64,000 nucleotides of DNA from an uncultured delta proteobacterium (GTDB lineage: Bacteria; Myxococcota; Myxococcia; Myxococcales; Myxococcaceae). Positions 1-14,900 of this stretch are shown in pieces (the first letter of the stretch is position 1; every line of letters starts with the position of its first letter). Both the position numbers and the translations under genes were made by a program. The notes beneath the pieces were generated by a model. It did no database searches. It saw nothing but the letters and a program-made list of their open reading frames with translations, and was not told the DNA's origin. The stretch covers positions 416,001-480,000 of the forward strand of contig CAWCKH010000003.1 in the NCBI GenBank assembly GCA_963796055.1, in the 5' to 3' direction.

Positions 1-279
1 GTACACCGTCATGTGCGGGTAGAGCGCGTAGCTCTGGAACACCATGGCGATGTCGCGGTCCTTCGGCGGCAGGTGGGTGATCGACCTGCCGCCGATGCTG
101 ATGTCCCCACCGCTCACGTCCTCCAGACCGGCGATCATCCGCAGCGTGGTCGTCTTCCCGCAGCCGGAGGGCCCCACCAGGATCACGAACTCGCGATCCT
201 TGACGGTGAGGTCCACCCCGGCCACGGCGGCCACGTCGCCGAAGCGCTTCTCGAGTCCGGTGAGGACGACCTCCGCCAT
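1..279 (-). CDS. Sugar ABC transporter ATP-binding protein (MalK/UgpC family), 5' part only; runs off the window
   Basis: Manual translation from ATG at 279 gives [16 protein letters not shown]...[20 protein letters not shown]...[19 protein letters not shown], with Walker A and the MalK signature. It overlaps the upstream gene's stop (TGATG). Confidence 0.93.
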   Translation of the reverse strand, partial: MAEVVLTGLEKRFGDVAAVAGVDLTVKDREFVILVGPSGCGKTTTLRMIAGLEDVSGGDISIGGRSITHLPPKDRDIAMVFQSYALYPHMTVY

Positions 280-1583
280 CAGCCCGCCACTGCCCGGAGC
301 TTCTTCTCCGCGTCGTCCATGGCGGCGCGGGGCGATTTCCCGCCGTTGGCCACCTCGGCGAACATGGTGGGGATGATGTACTTGGCGTACATGCTGGTGG
401 CGGTCTTGGTCATCGGGCCGGGGTAGCCGATGAACTTCACCCACTCGTTGAAGTCTTGCTCGATCTGAAGCTTGGGCTCGTGTCCGATGACCGGCATGGG
501 CTTCTTGAGGAAGTTCTTCAGGAAGGGATGGTTGTAGCCGGTGGACGCTTCCATTCCCTCCAGGCCCTCGGCGTTCATCTGGTACAGGAACTCCTTGGCC
601 AGGTCCTGCACCTGGCTGAACTTGTAGATGCCGTAGGACATCGTCCGCGCACCCCCGATGCGCCCCGCGGCGCCGAGCGGCGGCGGCTGGATCTCCAGCG
701 CCTTGTAGACGTCCGGGTTGTCCTTGGCCGCGGTCCGGTAGGCGCTGATGGGATTGCAGACCATCGAGCCCTTGCCCGAGGCGATGAAGCGGTTGTTGGA
801 GGTGTCGTCCCAGCTGAGCACCTCGTCGGTCATCGTCTCCTTGTAGAGCGCGGTGCCCCACTTGAGCACGTCGACGATCTCCTTCCTGGCGAAGGCGATG
901 TTGCCCTGCTTGTCGAACATGTATGCCTTGAAGGCGAGCATGATCGGGTAGAGGTCGTCGTTGGCGTCCGGGGTCTGCGAGTAAGGAATGCCGATGGGAT
1001 GGCCGATCTTCTTCAGCTTCCCGCCGATGCGGATGATGTCCTCGTAGGTGGTCTTGGAGTTGTAGTCCTCCTTGACCTGGTCGAGGTACGCCCGGTTCAC
1101 GATCCACGGGTAGCGGATGTACCAGTGGGGGATGGCCAGCCACTTCCCCTTCACCACCGCGATGCTCTCCGAACCGGGGCTCCAGCCGCCGAACTGCTTG
1201 CCGAGCCGGTTGGCCACGTCGGTGACGTCGACCTCCACCTGATCATAGAGCCAGGCCCCGGTGCCGTTGAGGTGGAAGATGTCGTGGCCCCCGCCCCGGG
1301 AGATGTCCGCGGCGATGGCGGTGGGCAGGTCGGCGGTGGCGACGAAGTCGACCTCCACCTTGCAGTTGTGCTTCTCGCCGAACTTCTTGGCGAAGCCGCT
1401 GAAGTACGTGTCGTACGCCGGCACGAAGTGCTTCCAGTGCACGATCTTGAGCACCTTCTCCGTCTGCGCCGAGGCCTTCCGGGAGAAGATCGTCGGCGCA
1501 GCGAGCGCTGCTCCGACTCCCAGCGAGCCCTGGATGAACGTCCGGCGCTTCAGCAGACCCTTCTTCCGCGTTCCATCACTCAC
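279..1583 (-). CDS. ABC transporter substrate-binding protein (sugar-binding family 1) with Tat signal
   Basis: From ORF 279..1766. The likely start is GTG 1583 after AGGAGG. It carries a twin-arginine signal (KRRTFIQG...ASA) and SBP-like segments such as [26 protein letters not shown]. Confidence 0.88.
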   Translation of the reverse strand: MSDGTRKKGLLKRRTFIQGSLGVGAALAAPTIFSRKASAQTEKVLKIVHWKHFVPAYDTYFSGFAKKFGEKHNCKVEVDFVATADLPTAIAADISRGGGHDIFHLNGTGAWLYDQVEVDVTDVANRLGKQFGGWSPGSESIAVVKGKWLAIPHWYIRYPWIVNRAYLDQVKEDYNSKTTYEDIIRIGGKLKKIGHPIGIPYSQTPDANDDLYPIMLAFKAYMFDKQGNIAFARKEIVDVLKWGTALYKETMTDEVLSWDDTSNNRFIASGKGSMVCNPISAYRTAAKDNPDVYKALEIQPPPLGAAGRIGGARTMSYGIYKFSQVQDLAKEFLYQMNAEGLEGMEASTGYNHPFLKNFLKKPMPVIGHEPKLQIEQDFNEWVKFIGYPGPMTKTATSMYAKYIIPTMFAEVANGGKSPRAAMDDAEKKLRAVAG

Positions 1584-2126
1584 GGTGTTCCTCCTGGTGA
1601 CTGGACTGCAGAGACCTCCCCTGCCACTTGGCCAGTCGGGCGAGACATCCGACCGGTCGCACTGCAGAGGCGGCCCGTGTTGGGGGGATGCACAGTACAC
1701 GAGGCGCACCGCCGCAACCCGTTCGCATCTCGTCCAGCGTTCGACAGTCGCAAGTTGCGAACGCATCGGCCGTGATGGGCCACGTCGAGCGCAACGCTGG
1801 CCACGGCAGGTGTCAGCACCCGGCGCAGGCCACGGCGCAGCCGACCTCGACGACGCCTAGGCACCGGCCAGCGCGCACCGATCGCAACGCTCGCGGGCGC
1901 AGCAGCCCTCGATGACCGAGCAGCAGAAGGCCGCCAAGCAGCAGATGACCGGCCGAAGCTCGCTGAGCAACCAGACCCATGCGCATCGGAGAGATTGCTG
2001 GACTGGCTGCGGGGGTCCGCGCGCTCGCCGCGGGTGCCCTGGGCTGTGGAGACGACACCGGCTCTGCCCGGGACGCCGGGACTCAGCTGACCCCGTGCAC
2101 GTGGCCTCGGCGGCGCACAAACGCCG

Positions 2127-2160
2127 ACGGCCGCCAGCCCCCGGAGGGACTGACGGCCGT
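2127..2160 (-). terminator. Putative hairpin terminator downstream of 5S rRNA
   Basis: About 14-bp GC-rich stem (acggccgtcagtcc / gggctggcggccgt on the minus strand, with 2 G-U pairs) just 3' of 5S. The U-tail is weak. Confidence 0.5.
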
Positions 2161-2171
2161 TGAACGAAAAA

Positions 2172-2288
<117 letters not shown>

Positions 2289-2465
2289 AAAATTGTCACT
2301 GCAGAAAAATTGTCACTGCATACGAAGGGTAGATTCAATTTCTGCCGAGAGATGTGCCGTCTCGAGTCAGCGTCCTGGAGCTCTCAACGAGCTCCGGACC
2401 TCGACCTTGACCTCGAATCCCGTACTCCCCACGGATCGACTCCCGGGGAGCATGCAAGAAACAGA

Positions 2466-5445
<2,980 letters not shown>

Positions 5446-5679
5446 TTTGTATCTCGAACGCCCCCACCGATCAGGGCCGTGGCCCCAGGGGGATTGTTGA
5501 AACTCGAGATCAAGGTCCAGGTCCCCGGCTCTTCGCCACGGGACGCTGAATTTCGAGACGTCTGACTCCGAGCTCTCCTCCAGGGCGCCTCACGGCGGCC
5601 CGGAACCGAGCACGGAGTAGAACTCTCAGCAGAAATTGAATTCTACCCTTCGTATGCAGTTTTCAAAGAGCGGTTGGTG

Positions 5680-5752
5680 TGGAGCTGATCGGGTTCGAAC
5701 CGACGACATCCAGCTTGCAAAGCTGGCGCTCTCCCAGCTGAGCTACAGCCCC
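5680..5752 (-). tRNA. tRNA-Ala(UGC); CCA not encoded
   Basis: GGGGCTGTAGCTCAGCTGGGAGAGCG...TTGCAA...GGTTCGAACCCGATCAGCTCCA, with the G3-U70 identity pair, in the rrn spacer. Confidence 0.97.
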
Positions 5753-5800
5753 AGGAAGAGAAGAGGACGATCGCCACCGCCCAGCGTCAAGAAACTGACT

Positions 5801-5874
5801 TGGGCCTAGGTGGACTCGAACCACCGACCTCGCGCTTATCAGGCGCGCGCTCTAGCCAGCTGAGCTATAGGCCC
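5801..5874 (-). tRNA. tRNA-Ile(GAU); CCA not encoded
   Basis: GGGCCTATAGCTCAGCTGGCTAGAGCG...CTGATAA...GGTTCGAGTCCACCTAGGCCCA, in the rrn spacer. Confidence 0.97.
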
Positions 5875-6091
5875 GGCTCCCGCGCCCGAGCGCTCCACGT
5901 ACCAACTAGAGGGTTCAAAGAGCGAGCCTTCTCGAAGCTCGGCCTCTCAAAACCGGACAGCAAGTCCATCCTGACGACTGCGGGGGCACTGAAGCCCCTG
6001 GAAACCACGGTTGACCTAAAGTCGACCACTCCGAGGTTGCCCTCGGCGGGATGGGCCATGCCGGCGCCGGAGCGCCGACCCCATCCCAGGG

Positions 6092-7648
<1,557 letters not shown>

Positions 7649-7851
7649 AATTGAAGGATTTGAACTGGCGTACCTCCTGCCTTCCCCGGCGCTCGCCGGA
7701 CGGCCCTCACGGGCGGTCCCTCGAGCTCCGGCGTCGAACAGGAGTCGCTGTTCGGGACACGCGACGCTCCGCCCGTCCGAGCTGCCTCGCGGCAGACCCT
7801 GGGTGAAACGCGCGCATCCAATTGAATTGACTGCGGTTTCCGCAATCGTCT

Positions 7852-7879
7852 TGGACTTGCTATCCGGTTTTCAAAGACC
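7852..7879 (-). promoter_or_regulatory. rrn leader boxA-like antitermination site and 5' arm of the 16S RNase III processing stem
   Basis: GGTCTTTGAAAAC on the minus strand. 7852-7871 is complementary to 5949-5968 with one G-U pair. Similar boxA-like copies occur near 5660-5671 and 5914-5923. Confidence 0.75.
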
Positions 7880-7925
7880 GAGCCGCCGTCCTCCGGACCG
7901 TCACTGATCCGTTGGCGGGCCGACC

Positions 7926-7954
7926 CTTCTACGGTCGGCATCGGAGGCTGTCAA
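7926..7954 (-). promoter_or_regulatory. rrn proximal sigma70-type promoter
   Basis: TTGACA (7954-7949) - N17 - TAGAAG (7931-7926). Confidence 0.7.
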
Positions 7955-8082
7955 GCACCCGCGGAGTGCGGGAAGCCCAGTGCTTTCAAGGACCTGGAAC
8001 AGCATCCATGAGGTGACCTGGGAGCCTCGGAGAGGAGCCAACCCGCCGCTGATCCGGAGGTGGTTCGTCCGAGGGGCCGAGT

Positions 8083-8111
8083 TTCATACCGCTGGAACCG
8101 GGCCCTGTCAA
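8083..8111 (-). promoter_or_regulatory. rrn middle sigma70-type promoter
   Basis: TTGACA (8111-8106) - N17 - TATGAA (8088-8083). Confidence 0.7.
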
Positions 8112-8263
8112 CCTGGAGGAGCCGCATGCGACTGCAGACTCGCTCCGAGGTGGTCCGTTTCTTCGAACGCGGTGACCGGACCCGTCAGGCCGCGCGGAAC
8201 ATATTCGATTGTCGCCCTGCGCCTTGCCCAACCCTCCCCGCCCGACCGATGCGAGGGGCGCGC

Positions 8264-8292
8264 TAGATAGAGACTTCGACCGCGCGTGTCAA
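8264..8292 (-). promoter_or_regulatory. rrn distal sigma70-type promoter overlapping the gmk stop codon
   Basis: TTGACA (8292-8287, containing the gmk TGA) - N17 - TATCTA (8269-8264). Confidence 0.55.
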
Positions 8293-8924
8293 CTCCCTCG
8301 ACGCGGCGTCTCGAGTCCCAGCGCCGTGAGGTCCACCCTCCCTTTCCGGCAGCGCTCGGCGGTGACGATGGCCTCCAGCTCGGCGTAGGCCCTGTCCACC
8401 GAGTCGTTCACCACCAGGTAGTCGTAGGCCCGCGCTCCGTGCTCGAGCTCCGAGCGTGCGGCCAGCATCCGGCGCCGAATCGAATCCTCGCTCTCCGTCC
8501 CCCGCTCCCGGAGCCGCCGCTCGAGCTCGTCCATGGTCGGAGGGAGCACGAAGACCAGGACTGCCTCCGGATACCGTCGCTGGATAGATTGCCCACCCTG
8601 CACGTCGATGTCGAAGACCGCGATGCCTCCGGTGGAGAAGGCGCGGTCCACCGTCGACTGCGGGCTGCCGTAGAAGTGGCCGTGCACCTCGGCCCATTCC
8701 ACGAACTCGTCCCGCTCGATCATCCGCTGGAAGGTGAGCGCGTCCACGAAGTGGTAGTCCACCCCGTCCCGCTCGGGCCCCCGCGGCTCGCGGGTGGTCA
8801 TGCTGATGCTGAACGCCGCCTCGGGGTGCGCCTGCACGAAGCGCCGGGCAAGGGTGGTCTTTCCCGTCCCCGACGGGGCGGAGAGCACCAGGAGGAGACC
8901 TCGGTGGAGGGACGTGGGGCTCAT
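8289..8924 (-). CDS. gmk: Guanylate kinase
   Basis: LSAPSGTGKTT P-loop, TTREPRGPERDGVDYHFV and EWAEVHGHFYG motifs. Confidence 0.97.
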   Translation of the reverse strand: MSPTSLHRGLLLVLSAPSGTGKTTLARRFVQAHPEAAFSISMTTREPRGPERDGVDYHFVDALTFQRMIERDEFVEWAEVHGHFYGSPQSTVDRAFSTGGIAVFDIDVQGGQSIQRRYPEAVLVFVLPPTMDELERRLRERGTESEDSIRRRMLAARSELEHGARAYDYLVVNDSVDRAYAELEAIVTAERCRKGRVDLTALGLETPRRGS

Positions 8925-9799
8925 TCGACGTTCTGCACCTGCTCGCGGATTCGCTCCAGCTCCGCCTTGAGCTCGACGATGCGGGTGGAGATCTCCGTCG
9001 ACTGGCTCTTGCTCCCGGTGGTGTTCACCTCCCGGTGCATCTCCTGGACGAGGAAATCCATGCGCCGTCCGGCAGGGTCGCTGCTGGCGAGGAAGGCCCG
9101 GAAGGCCTCGAGGTGCGCCTGCAGGCGGGTGGCCTCCTCCGCCACGTCGGTCCGCTCGGCGAAGAGGGCGATCTCCTGCACCAGCCGCGCCTCGTCGACC
9201 GGCGCGCCCTTCAGCAGCTCCGTGACGCGGTCTTGCAACCGGGCCCGGTAGGCCTCGACCGTGCGCGGCGCCAGTGACGCCACCTCGGCCGCGAGCGTCT
9301 CCACCCGTTGCAACCGCGTCGAGAGGTCCGCCGCCAGCGCCCGCCCCTCGCGCTCCCGCATCGCGACCAGAGCCTCGATCGCCTCGCCGAGGGCGAGCTC
9401 CAGCGCCCCCTCTGCGACGCCGAGATCCATCAGCGGCTCCTCCATCCGGATCACGCCCGGCAGCGCGGCGATCTGGGCGGTGGTGGGCGTGTCCGCCATG
9501 TCCACCGCCCGAGCCACGGCCCGGACCGCCTCGCGCCAGGCCCGCGCCATCGCCGGGTCGACGGTGGGCACCGCCCCGCTTGCAGTGCTCGCGCTCCGCC
9601 GCACCGCCACGTCCACCGCCCCGCGCGCGCAGCGGGCCCGGACCGCCTTGAGCACCAGAGGCTCCAGCGCGGACAGCTCGCGCGGAAGCCGCACCTTCAC
9701 CTCGAGGTGCTTGTGGTTCACGGCCCGGACCTCGACGGAGATCTCCTCCTCCCCGGCGTGCGCCCGACCCGTTCCGAAGCCGGTCATGCTCTTGAGCAT
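8921..9799 (-). CDS. yicC: YicC/YloC family endoribonuclease
   Basis: MLKSMTGFG start, VRAVNHKHLE, and GRRMDFLVQEMHREVNTTGSKS...ELERIREQVQNVE. Typical position upstream of gmk. Confidence 0.95.
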   Translation of the reverse strand: MLKSMTGFGTGRAHAGEEEISVEVRAVNHKHLEVKVRLPRELSALEPLVLKAVRARCARGAVDVAVRRSASTASGAVPTVDPAMARAWREAVRAVARAVDMADTPTTAQIAALPGVIRMEEPLMDLGVAEGALELALGEAIEALVAMREREGRALAADLSTRLQRVETLAAEVASLAPRTVEAYRARLQDRVTELLKGAPVDEARLVQEIALFAERTDVAEEATRLQAHLEAFRAFLASSDPAGRRMDFLVQEMHREVNTTGSKSQSTEISTRIVELKAELERIREQVQNVE

Positions 9800-9849
9800 G
9801 TGCCCAGGGGTGCTAGGAGGCCCCCGGCCCGGCCGTCAAGGCCCACCGC

Positions 9850-10929
9850 ATGGAACCCTGGCACAAGCGACTGGAAGGCACCGGGAAACGGGCCCTGGCC
9901 CGCGTCGCGGCGCTGGCCTTCCGGAGGCCCATCCGCCTGCTCCCGGCCGGCCCGGGGCGGGTGTTGCTGGTCCGCATCGACGACCGCGTCGGGGAGGCCC
10001 TTCTCACCACCCCGCTCGCGGTGGCGCTGAAGCGACTCCAGCCCTCGCCGGCGGTGGAGGTGCTCGTCCACCGGCGGAGCGCCCGGGTGCTCGAGAACCA
10101 TCCGGCGATCGACCGGATCTTCCCTTTCGACCGGCGGCTCCTGGGCCTGGGGCCGCTCGCGCCCGGCATCCGCGCCCTCCGGGGCGCCGGGCCGTGGGAC
10201 GTGGTCATCGATTGCGGCAACTGGGAGGTCCCGAGCGTCACCTCGGCGCTGGTCTCGCGGCTCGTGGCCGGCAAGGCTCAGGTCATCGGTCCGGCGGTGG
10301 CGCCCACCGGCCCCCTGCACGACACGCCCGTGCCGGCGCGCACGGACACGCGGTCGGAGCTCGCACAGCGGCTGCACCTCCTCTCGCCCATCGTGGAGCC
10401 GCCGGATTCGATGCTGCCCACCTTCCGGACTCCGCGGGTCTCGACCTCGCTCCGGCCGTTCCTCGACCAGGTCCGCGCGAGCCCGCACGCGGTGCTCGTC
10501 CCGGGGGGTCGTCTCGGGTGGAGGCGGATTCCTCCCGAGCTGTTCGGCGCGGCCGCCCGCATGCTCACCTCCCTCGGCCGGACGGTCGTCGTGGCGTGGG
10601 GACCGGGCGAGGAAGAGCTCGGCCACGCCGTCGTCTCCGAGGCGCCCGGCGCACAGCTCGCGCCGCCCACGGACCTGGACGGGCTCGCCGCGCTGCTGGC
10701 CGCGGCGGGCTGCACCGTCTGCAACAACTCGGGGCCGATGCACCTCTCGGTCGCGGTGGGAGCACCCACCCTCGCGCTCTTCCTGAAGATGGATCCGGAG
10801 CGGTGGGGATACCGAGGGGCGCCACACGCGGTGCTCGACCTCACGCCGGTGCTCGAAGACGCCGGTCGGGCCGTGCTCGAGGTGGAACGAGCCGTCCGAG
10901 CGTTCGCCCTGGCGCTTCCGGGGGGCTGA
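9850..10929 (+). CDS. Glycosyltransferase family 9 (ADP-heptose:LPS heptosyltransferase-like)
   Basis: RVLLVRIDDRVGEALLTTP and NNSGPMHLSVAVGAPTLALF motifs; lies near the heptose biosynthesis genes. Confidence 0.9.
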   Translation: MEPWHKRLEGTGKRALARVAALAFRRPIRLLPAGPGRVLLVRIDDRVGEALLTTPLAVALKRLQPSPAVEVLVHRRSARVLENHPAIDRIFPFDRRLLGLGPLAPGIRALRGAGPWDVVIDCGNWEVPSVTSALVSRLVAGKAQVIGPAVAPTGPLHDTPVPARTDTRSELAQRLHLLSPIVEPPDSMLPTFRTPRVSTSLRPFLDQVRASPHAVLVPGGRLGWRRIPPELFGAAARMLTSLGRTVVVAWGPGEEELGHAVVSEAPGAQLAPPTDLDGLAALLAAAGCTVCNNSGPMHLSVAVGAPTLALFLKMDPERWGYRGAPHAVLDLTPVLEDAGRAVLEVERAVRAFALALPGG

Positions 10930-10990
10930 GCGCACCCGGCAGGTTGGATGGGTACGTATCCTCGGAGGGCCCTCGCCCGTCCTGCCCGGC

Positions 10991-12037
10991 ATGACTGACC
11001 CCTCCGCCATCGACCCCCGAGCGTCCGAGCTCTCCGCCACGGTGACCGACTCCTGGAAGCGCTTCCTCGAGGTCTACGAGCCGCTCCGTCCGGAGCTCTA
11101 CCGCTTCTGCCGCTACCTGAGCCGCAGTCCCTGGGATGCCGAGGATCTGGTCCAGGACGCGCTGGCCCGGGCGTTCGCCACCCTGGGTGGGCTGACCGAG
11201 CCCCCGCGCGACCCGCGCGCCTGGCTGTTCCGTGTCGTCTCGAATCTCTGGATCGACGACGTCCGCCGTCGCGAGCTCCGGCCGAGCGGCAGCTCGCCAG
11301 CGGAAGAGAACTCGGGCCTCCTGGCGACCGCACCCGGCGTCGCTTCCGACCGCGCCACCCGCGAGGCGGCGGGCACGCTGCTGGTCCAGCTCTCGCCCCA
11401 GGAGCGTGCAGCGGTGGTGCTGAAGGACGCCTTCGACCTCGGCCTCGAGGAGATTGCCGAGATCCTCTCCACCTCGGTGGGGGCGGTGAAGGCGGCGCTG
11501 CACCGCGGCCGCGGCAAGCTCCGCGAGCCAGACCGGGACGACGGGCGCAGGCCCGCCCCCGGAGTTCTCGACGCGTTCACCGCGGCGTTCAACGCCCGCG
11601 ATCTCGACCGGCTGACGGCGCTGCTCCTCGATCACGCCACCGTCGAGGTGGTCGGCGCCTCGACCATCTACGGTGCTCGCAGCGCGCGGGGAACGGTGCT
11701 GACCGGCATGCTCTTCGGCAGCCAGCGGATGGCTGCCCCGGCCGACGGCGGCAGCGGCGACGGCATGGACCCCCGCTTCGCCCAGGGCGTGCTGCCCCAG
11801 CCGGCGCGGCTCGAGCTTCGGTTCCATCGCGGTGAGCCCCTGCTCCTCTCCTGGTACGTCCACCACGATGGGGAGTTCGTCCGGGCGGTCTCCCTGGTCG
11901 AGCCCTCGACCGAAGGCGACCGGATCGCCCGGCTCCGGAACTACTTCTACACCCCCGAGGTGCTCCAGGAGCTGTGCCGCGAGCTCGGACTGCCCTGCCG
12001 GACCAACGGCACCTTCCGCGCCCGGGGTGGCCGGTGA
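10991..12037 (+). CDS. ECF RNA polymerase sigma factor with C-terminal SnoaL-like domain (ECF41/ECF56-like)
   Basis: Sigma2 (DAEDLVQDAL...RAWLFRVVSNLWID), sigma4 (LSPQERAAVVLKD...EIAEILSTSVGAVKAALHRGR) and a SnoaL-like tail (FTAAFNARDLDRLTALL). Confidence 0.9.
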   Translation: MTDPSAIDPRASELSATVTDSWKRFLEVYEPLRPELYRFCRYLSRSPWDAEDLVQDALARAFATLGGLTEPPRDPRAWLFRVVSNLWIDDVRRRELRPSGSSPAEENSGLLATAPGVASDRATREAAGTLLVQLSPQERAAVVLKDAFDLGLEEIAEILSTSVGAVKAALHRGRGKLREPDRDDGRRPAPGVLDAFTAAFNARDLDRLTALLLDHATVEVVGASTIYGARSARGTVLTGMLFGSQRMAAPADGGSGDGMDPRFAQGVLPQPARLELRFHRGEPLLLSWYVHHDGEFVRAVSLVEPSTEGDRIARLRNYFYTPEVLQELCRELGLPCRTNGTFRARGGR

Positions 12038-12300
12038 GCCCGCCGACGCAGAAGCTGGCCACAGCGATGTTCGCGCTCGCCGCCTGGACCTCGGCGGCTG
12101 CCGGGGCACCGCCCTCCGCCGCGCCCGGCCGGTACGCCCGCATCGGTCCGTTGCGCATGTACTACGAGGTCCACGGCGCCGGGACCCCGGTGGTTCTGCT
12201 GCACGGCGGTGGCTCGACCATCCAGACCTCCTTTGGCCGCTTGCTGCCACGGCTGGCGCCGCTGAGCTTCACCCAGGGCGCGGGCCCACGGCCGCGCTGA
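12034..12300 (+). pseudogene. Truncated alpha/beta hydrolase (signal peptide plus N-terminal fragment only)
   Basis: GTG overlaps the sigma factor stop. The sequence LRMYYEVHGAGTPVVLLHGGGSTIQTSFGRLLPRLA ends after about 88 codons, before any GxSxG nucleophile motif. Confidence 0.7.
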
Positions 12301-12350
12301 CGCAGTGGGCTACCTGGGGCGGCCCACGCCGTGACCCTTGTTCGCACGGT

Positions 12351-12833
12351 TCACCGCTCCCTGCTCAACTGCTCCAGGAGCTCGGTGGTGCTGTGGTCCT
12401 TGGGATCCCCGGCGATTGCGACCCTGCCGCCCCAGGCCGCCAGCTCGTCGCGCTCGGGCACCGTCTCCGCCGTGTAGTCGGTCCCCTTGACGTGGAGGTG
12501 CGGGCGGAGCCGGTGCAGCACCGCGCGCACGTCCGGCTCTCCGAAGAGCACCACGTGATCGGTGCACTCCAGCGCCGCCACCAGCTCTGCCCGTTCGGCG
12601 GCCGGGATGCGCGGGCGCCCGGGTCCCTTCAGCGCGCGGACCGAGGCATCGTCGTTCACCGCCACCACCAGCACGTCCGCCAGCGCCTTCGCCCCCTCCA
12701 GGTACCGGACGTGCCCCACGTGCAGGAGGTCGAACGCCCCGTTCGCCAGGGCCACCGTCTTCCCTGCCTCGCGCGCAGCCTCCACGGCGGCTGCCACTGA
12801 CTCGAGTGGCTGCACCTTCCCCGCCGTGCTCAC
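12351..12833 (-). CDS. hldC: D-glycero-beta-D-manno-heptose 1-phosphate adenylyltransferase (RfaE domain II/HldC)
   Basis: [34 protein letters not shown] and HVKGTDY motifs. Confidence 0.92.
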   Translation of the reverse strand: MSTAGKVQPLESVAAAVEAAREAGKTVALANGAFDLLHVGHVRYLEGAKALADVLVVAVNDDASVRALKGPGRPRIPAAERAELVAALECTDHVVLFGEPDVRAVLHRLRPHLHVKGTDYTAETVPERDELAAWGGRVAIAGDPKDHSTTELLEQLSRER

Positions 12834-13810
12834 CGGCTGCCCAGCTCCGCCGCGAGCTCGTCCGCGGTCACCAGGGCCGTTCCCGGCTTGAGGACCACCA
12901 GCGCCCCGGCCACGTTGGCCAGCTCCGCTGCAGCGCGAGGGGCCGCGCCGGCGGCGAGCCCGAGGGTGAAGGCGGCCATCACCGTGTCCCCCGCCCCGGT
13001 CACGTCCACCGCCGCCCGGCTGCCGTGCGCCGGAAGCAGCTGCACCTCTCCGCCGCGCTCGAGCAGCGCCATCCCCCGACGCCCCCGGGTGATCAGCAGC
13101 ACCTGCGCGTCGAGCAGCTTCAGTCCGGCGTCCGCTGCCCGCCCGAGCGCGCGCTCGTCCTCGACCGGCATGCCGGTGAGTGCCGCCAGCTCCGGCTCGT
13201 TCGGCTTCGCCGCCCGGAACCCGGTCAGCTTCCCGAGTGCGTATCGCGAGTCAGCCGACACGAGCACGCCCTTCCCGGCGAGGTGCCGGAGCGTCGCCCG
13301 CGTGGCATCGCCCACCACGCCTCCGCCGTAGTCGCTCACCAGGATCGCGTCCGCACCCTGCGCCGCCTCCTCCAGCGCCTGCCGGAGCCGCGCGGAGACC
13401 GCGGGCGGCAGGGGGAGCGCGTTCCCGCGGTCCAGCCGGAGCATCTGCTGCCGCGAGGTGTTCAGTCCGCCGGCGAGAATGCGGGTCTTGGTCTCGGTCA
13501 CCGGTGCCTCCACGGTCACCAGGCGGATGCCGCGCTCGGCAAACCGTTTGCTGACCGCCTCGCCCATCTCGTCTCGGCCGAGCACACCCACGGCCGTCAC
13601 CTCGGCCCCCAGCGCCCGGGCGTTGGCCGCCGCGTTCGCCGCTCCGCCCAGGGTCACCTCGGAGGACTCGTGGCGCACCACCAGCACCGGCGCCTCGCGG
13701 CTCACCCGGTCGGTCTGGCCGTACACGTAGTGGTCGGCCACCAGGTCCCCGAGCACCACCAGCTTGCGCGAGCGAAAGCCCGAGAGCAGCCGCGACAGTT
13801 CGGACGCCAC
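12830..13810 (-). CDS. hldA: D-glycero-beta-D-manno-heptose-7-phosphate kinase (RfaE domain I/HldA, PfkB family)
   Basis: [33 protein letters not shown] and DVTGAGDTV motifs. Start taken as GTG 13810 (uncertain). Confidence 0.92.
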   Translation of the reverse strand: MASELSRLLSGFRSRKLVVLGDLVADHYVYGQTDRVSREAPVLVVRHESSEVTLGGAANAAANARALGAEVTAVGVLGRDEMGEAVSKRFAERGIRLVTVEAPVTETKTRILAGGLNTSRQQMLRLDRGNALPLPPAVSARLRQALEEAAQGADAILVSDYGGGVVGDATRATLRHLAGKGVLVSADSRYALGKLTGFRAAKPNEPELAALTGMPVEDERALGRAADAGLKLLDAQVLLITRGRRGMALLERGGEVQLLPAHGSRAAVDVTGAGDTVMAAFTLGLAAGAAPRAAAELANVAGALVVLKPGTALVTADELAAELGSR

Positions 13811-13862
13811 GTTGACCCTCGCTTGTCCCACACCCCGCCCCCCCGGCGCCAATTCCTCGCCG

Positions 13863-14900
13863 TCAGGCCCCCGACACGAGCCGCTCGAGGTGCTCCTGGC
13901 CTTCGAGCACCTCCACCCCGAGCCGCAGCACGTGCACCCCCGCCCCCTCGGGACACCGCACCCGGTCCTTCTCCGTCGTCACCAGCCACGCGCCGGCGGC
14001 TGACGCCTGCCGCTCCAGCGCCCGCAGCTCCTCTGCGCCGAACGGATGGTGGTCCGGGAATCCCTGGAAGCCCACCACCTCCGCCCCGAGCCCTTCCAGC
14101 GTTCGGCGGAACGCCGTCGGCCGGCCGATCCCCGCGAAGCCCACCACGCGGCGCCCGCGCAGCACGTCGGCCGGGTGCACCTCGCTTGCCGGGTCCACCA
14201 CGTCGCGCGGCCCGTGCCGCGCCCTCACTCTTGGTCGCCCCGCCGGGCAGGGCATCGGGACCGGCGACTCCGCCGCCCGCACCCACAGCAGCGTCGCCCG
14301 GCCCAGCGCCGAGACCGGCTCGCGGAGCGGCCCGCGCGGAAGGAGATGGCCATTGCCCAGGCCCACCGCCTCGTCCACCACCACCACGTCGGCGTCGCGC
14401 GCCAGGCGCCAGTGCTGGAAGCCATCGTCCAGCAGCGCCACCGAGGCGCCGCACCGGGCCGCGAGCCGCGCCAGCGCCAGCCGGTCCGCGCCCACCCAGA
14501 CCGTCACCGCCGGAAGGCTCCGTGCGAGCATCAGCGGCTCGTCGCCGGCCCGCTTCACCTCGGGCCAGGGCGGCCCTTCCACCCGTACGTCCGCGGTCGA
14601 CGCCCGCCCGTACCCGCGGCTCAGGATGGCCACCGGCTGGCCCCGGGCGACGAAGCGCTCGGCCAGCGCCTGCACCACCGGCGTCTTCCCCGTCCCACCC
14701 ACCAGCAGGTTCCCCACCGAGACCACGCGCAGCCCCGGCACCCGCTCGGAGTGGAGCCAGTTCTTCGCGCAGGCCGCCGTCCGCATCCGGACCCCGGTCG
14801 CGAACAGCGCTTCCGCGACCGCCAGCGGCGAGAGGGCAATCTCGCGCAGCGGCCCGTCCGGACGCTCGGGATAGAAGAGCCGCTCGACCCAGCCGCTCAC
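13863..14900 (-). CDS. lpxK: Tetraacyldisaccharide 4'-kinase
   Basis: VSVGNLLVGGTGKTP, ILSRGYG, GDEP, LDDGFQH, LPRGPLRE, FPDHH and TTEKD motifs. Start GTG 14900. Confidence 0.96.
   Translation of the reverse strand: MSGWVERLFYPERPDGPLREIALSPLAVAEALFATGVRMRTAACAKNWLHSERVPGLRVVSVGNLLVGGTGKTPVVQALAERFVARGQPVAILSRGYGRASTADVRVEGPPWPEVKRAGDEPLMLARSLPAVTVWVGADRLALARLAARCGASVALLDDGFQHWRLARDADVVVVDEAVGLGNGHLLPRGPLREPVSALGRATLLWVRAAESPVPMPCPAGRPRVRARHGPRDVVDPASEVHPADVLRGRRVVGFAGIGRPTAFRRTLEGLGAEVVGFQGFPDHHPFGAEELRALERQASAAGAWLVTTEKDRVRCPEGAGVHVLRLGVEVLEGQEHLERLVSGA

Noticed and set aside
1600..2120. Short Cys-rich or hydrophobic ORFs and small repeats (gatgaccg, agcagcaga) between the ABC operon and 5S
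   Set aside because: No convincing RBS, codon bias or family motif in any frame, and the repeats are too short for an array.
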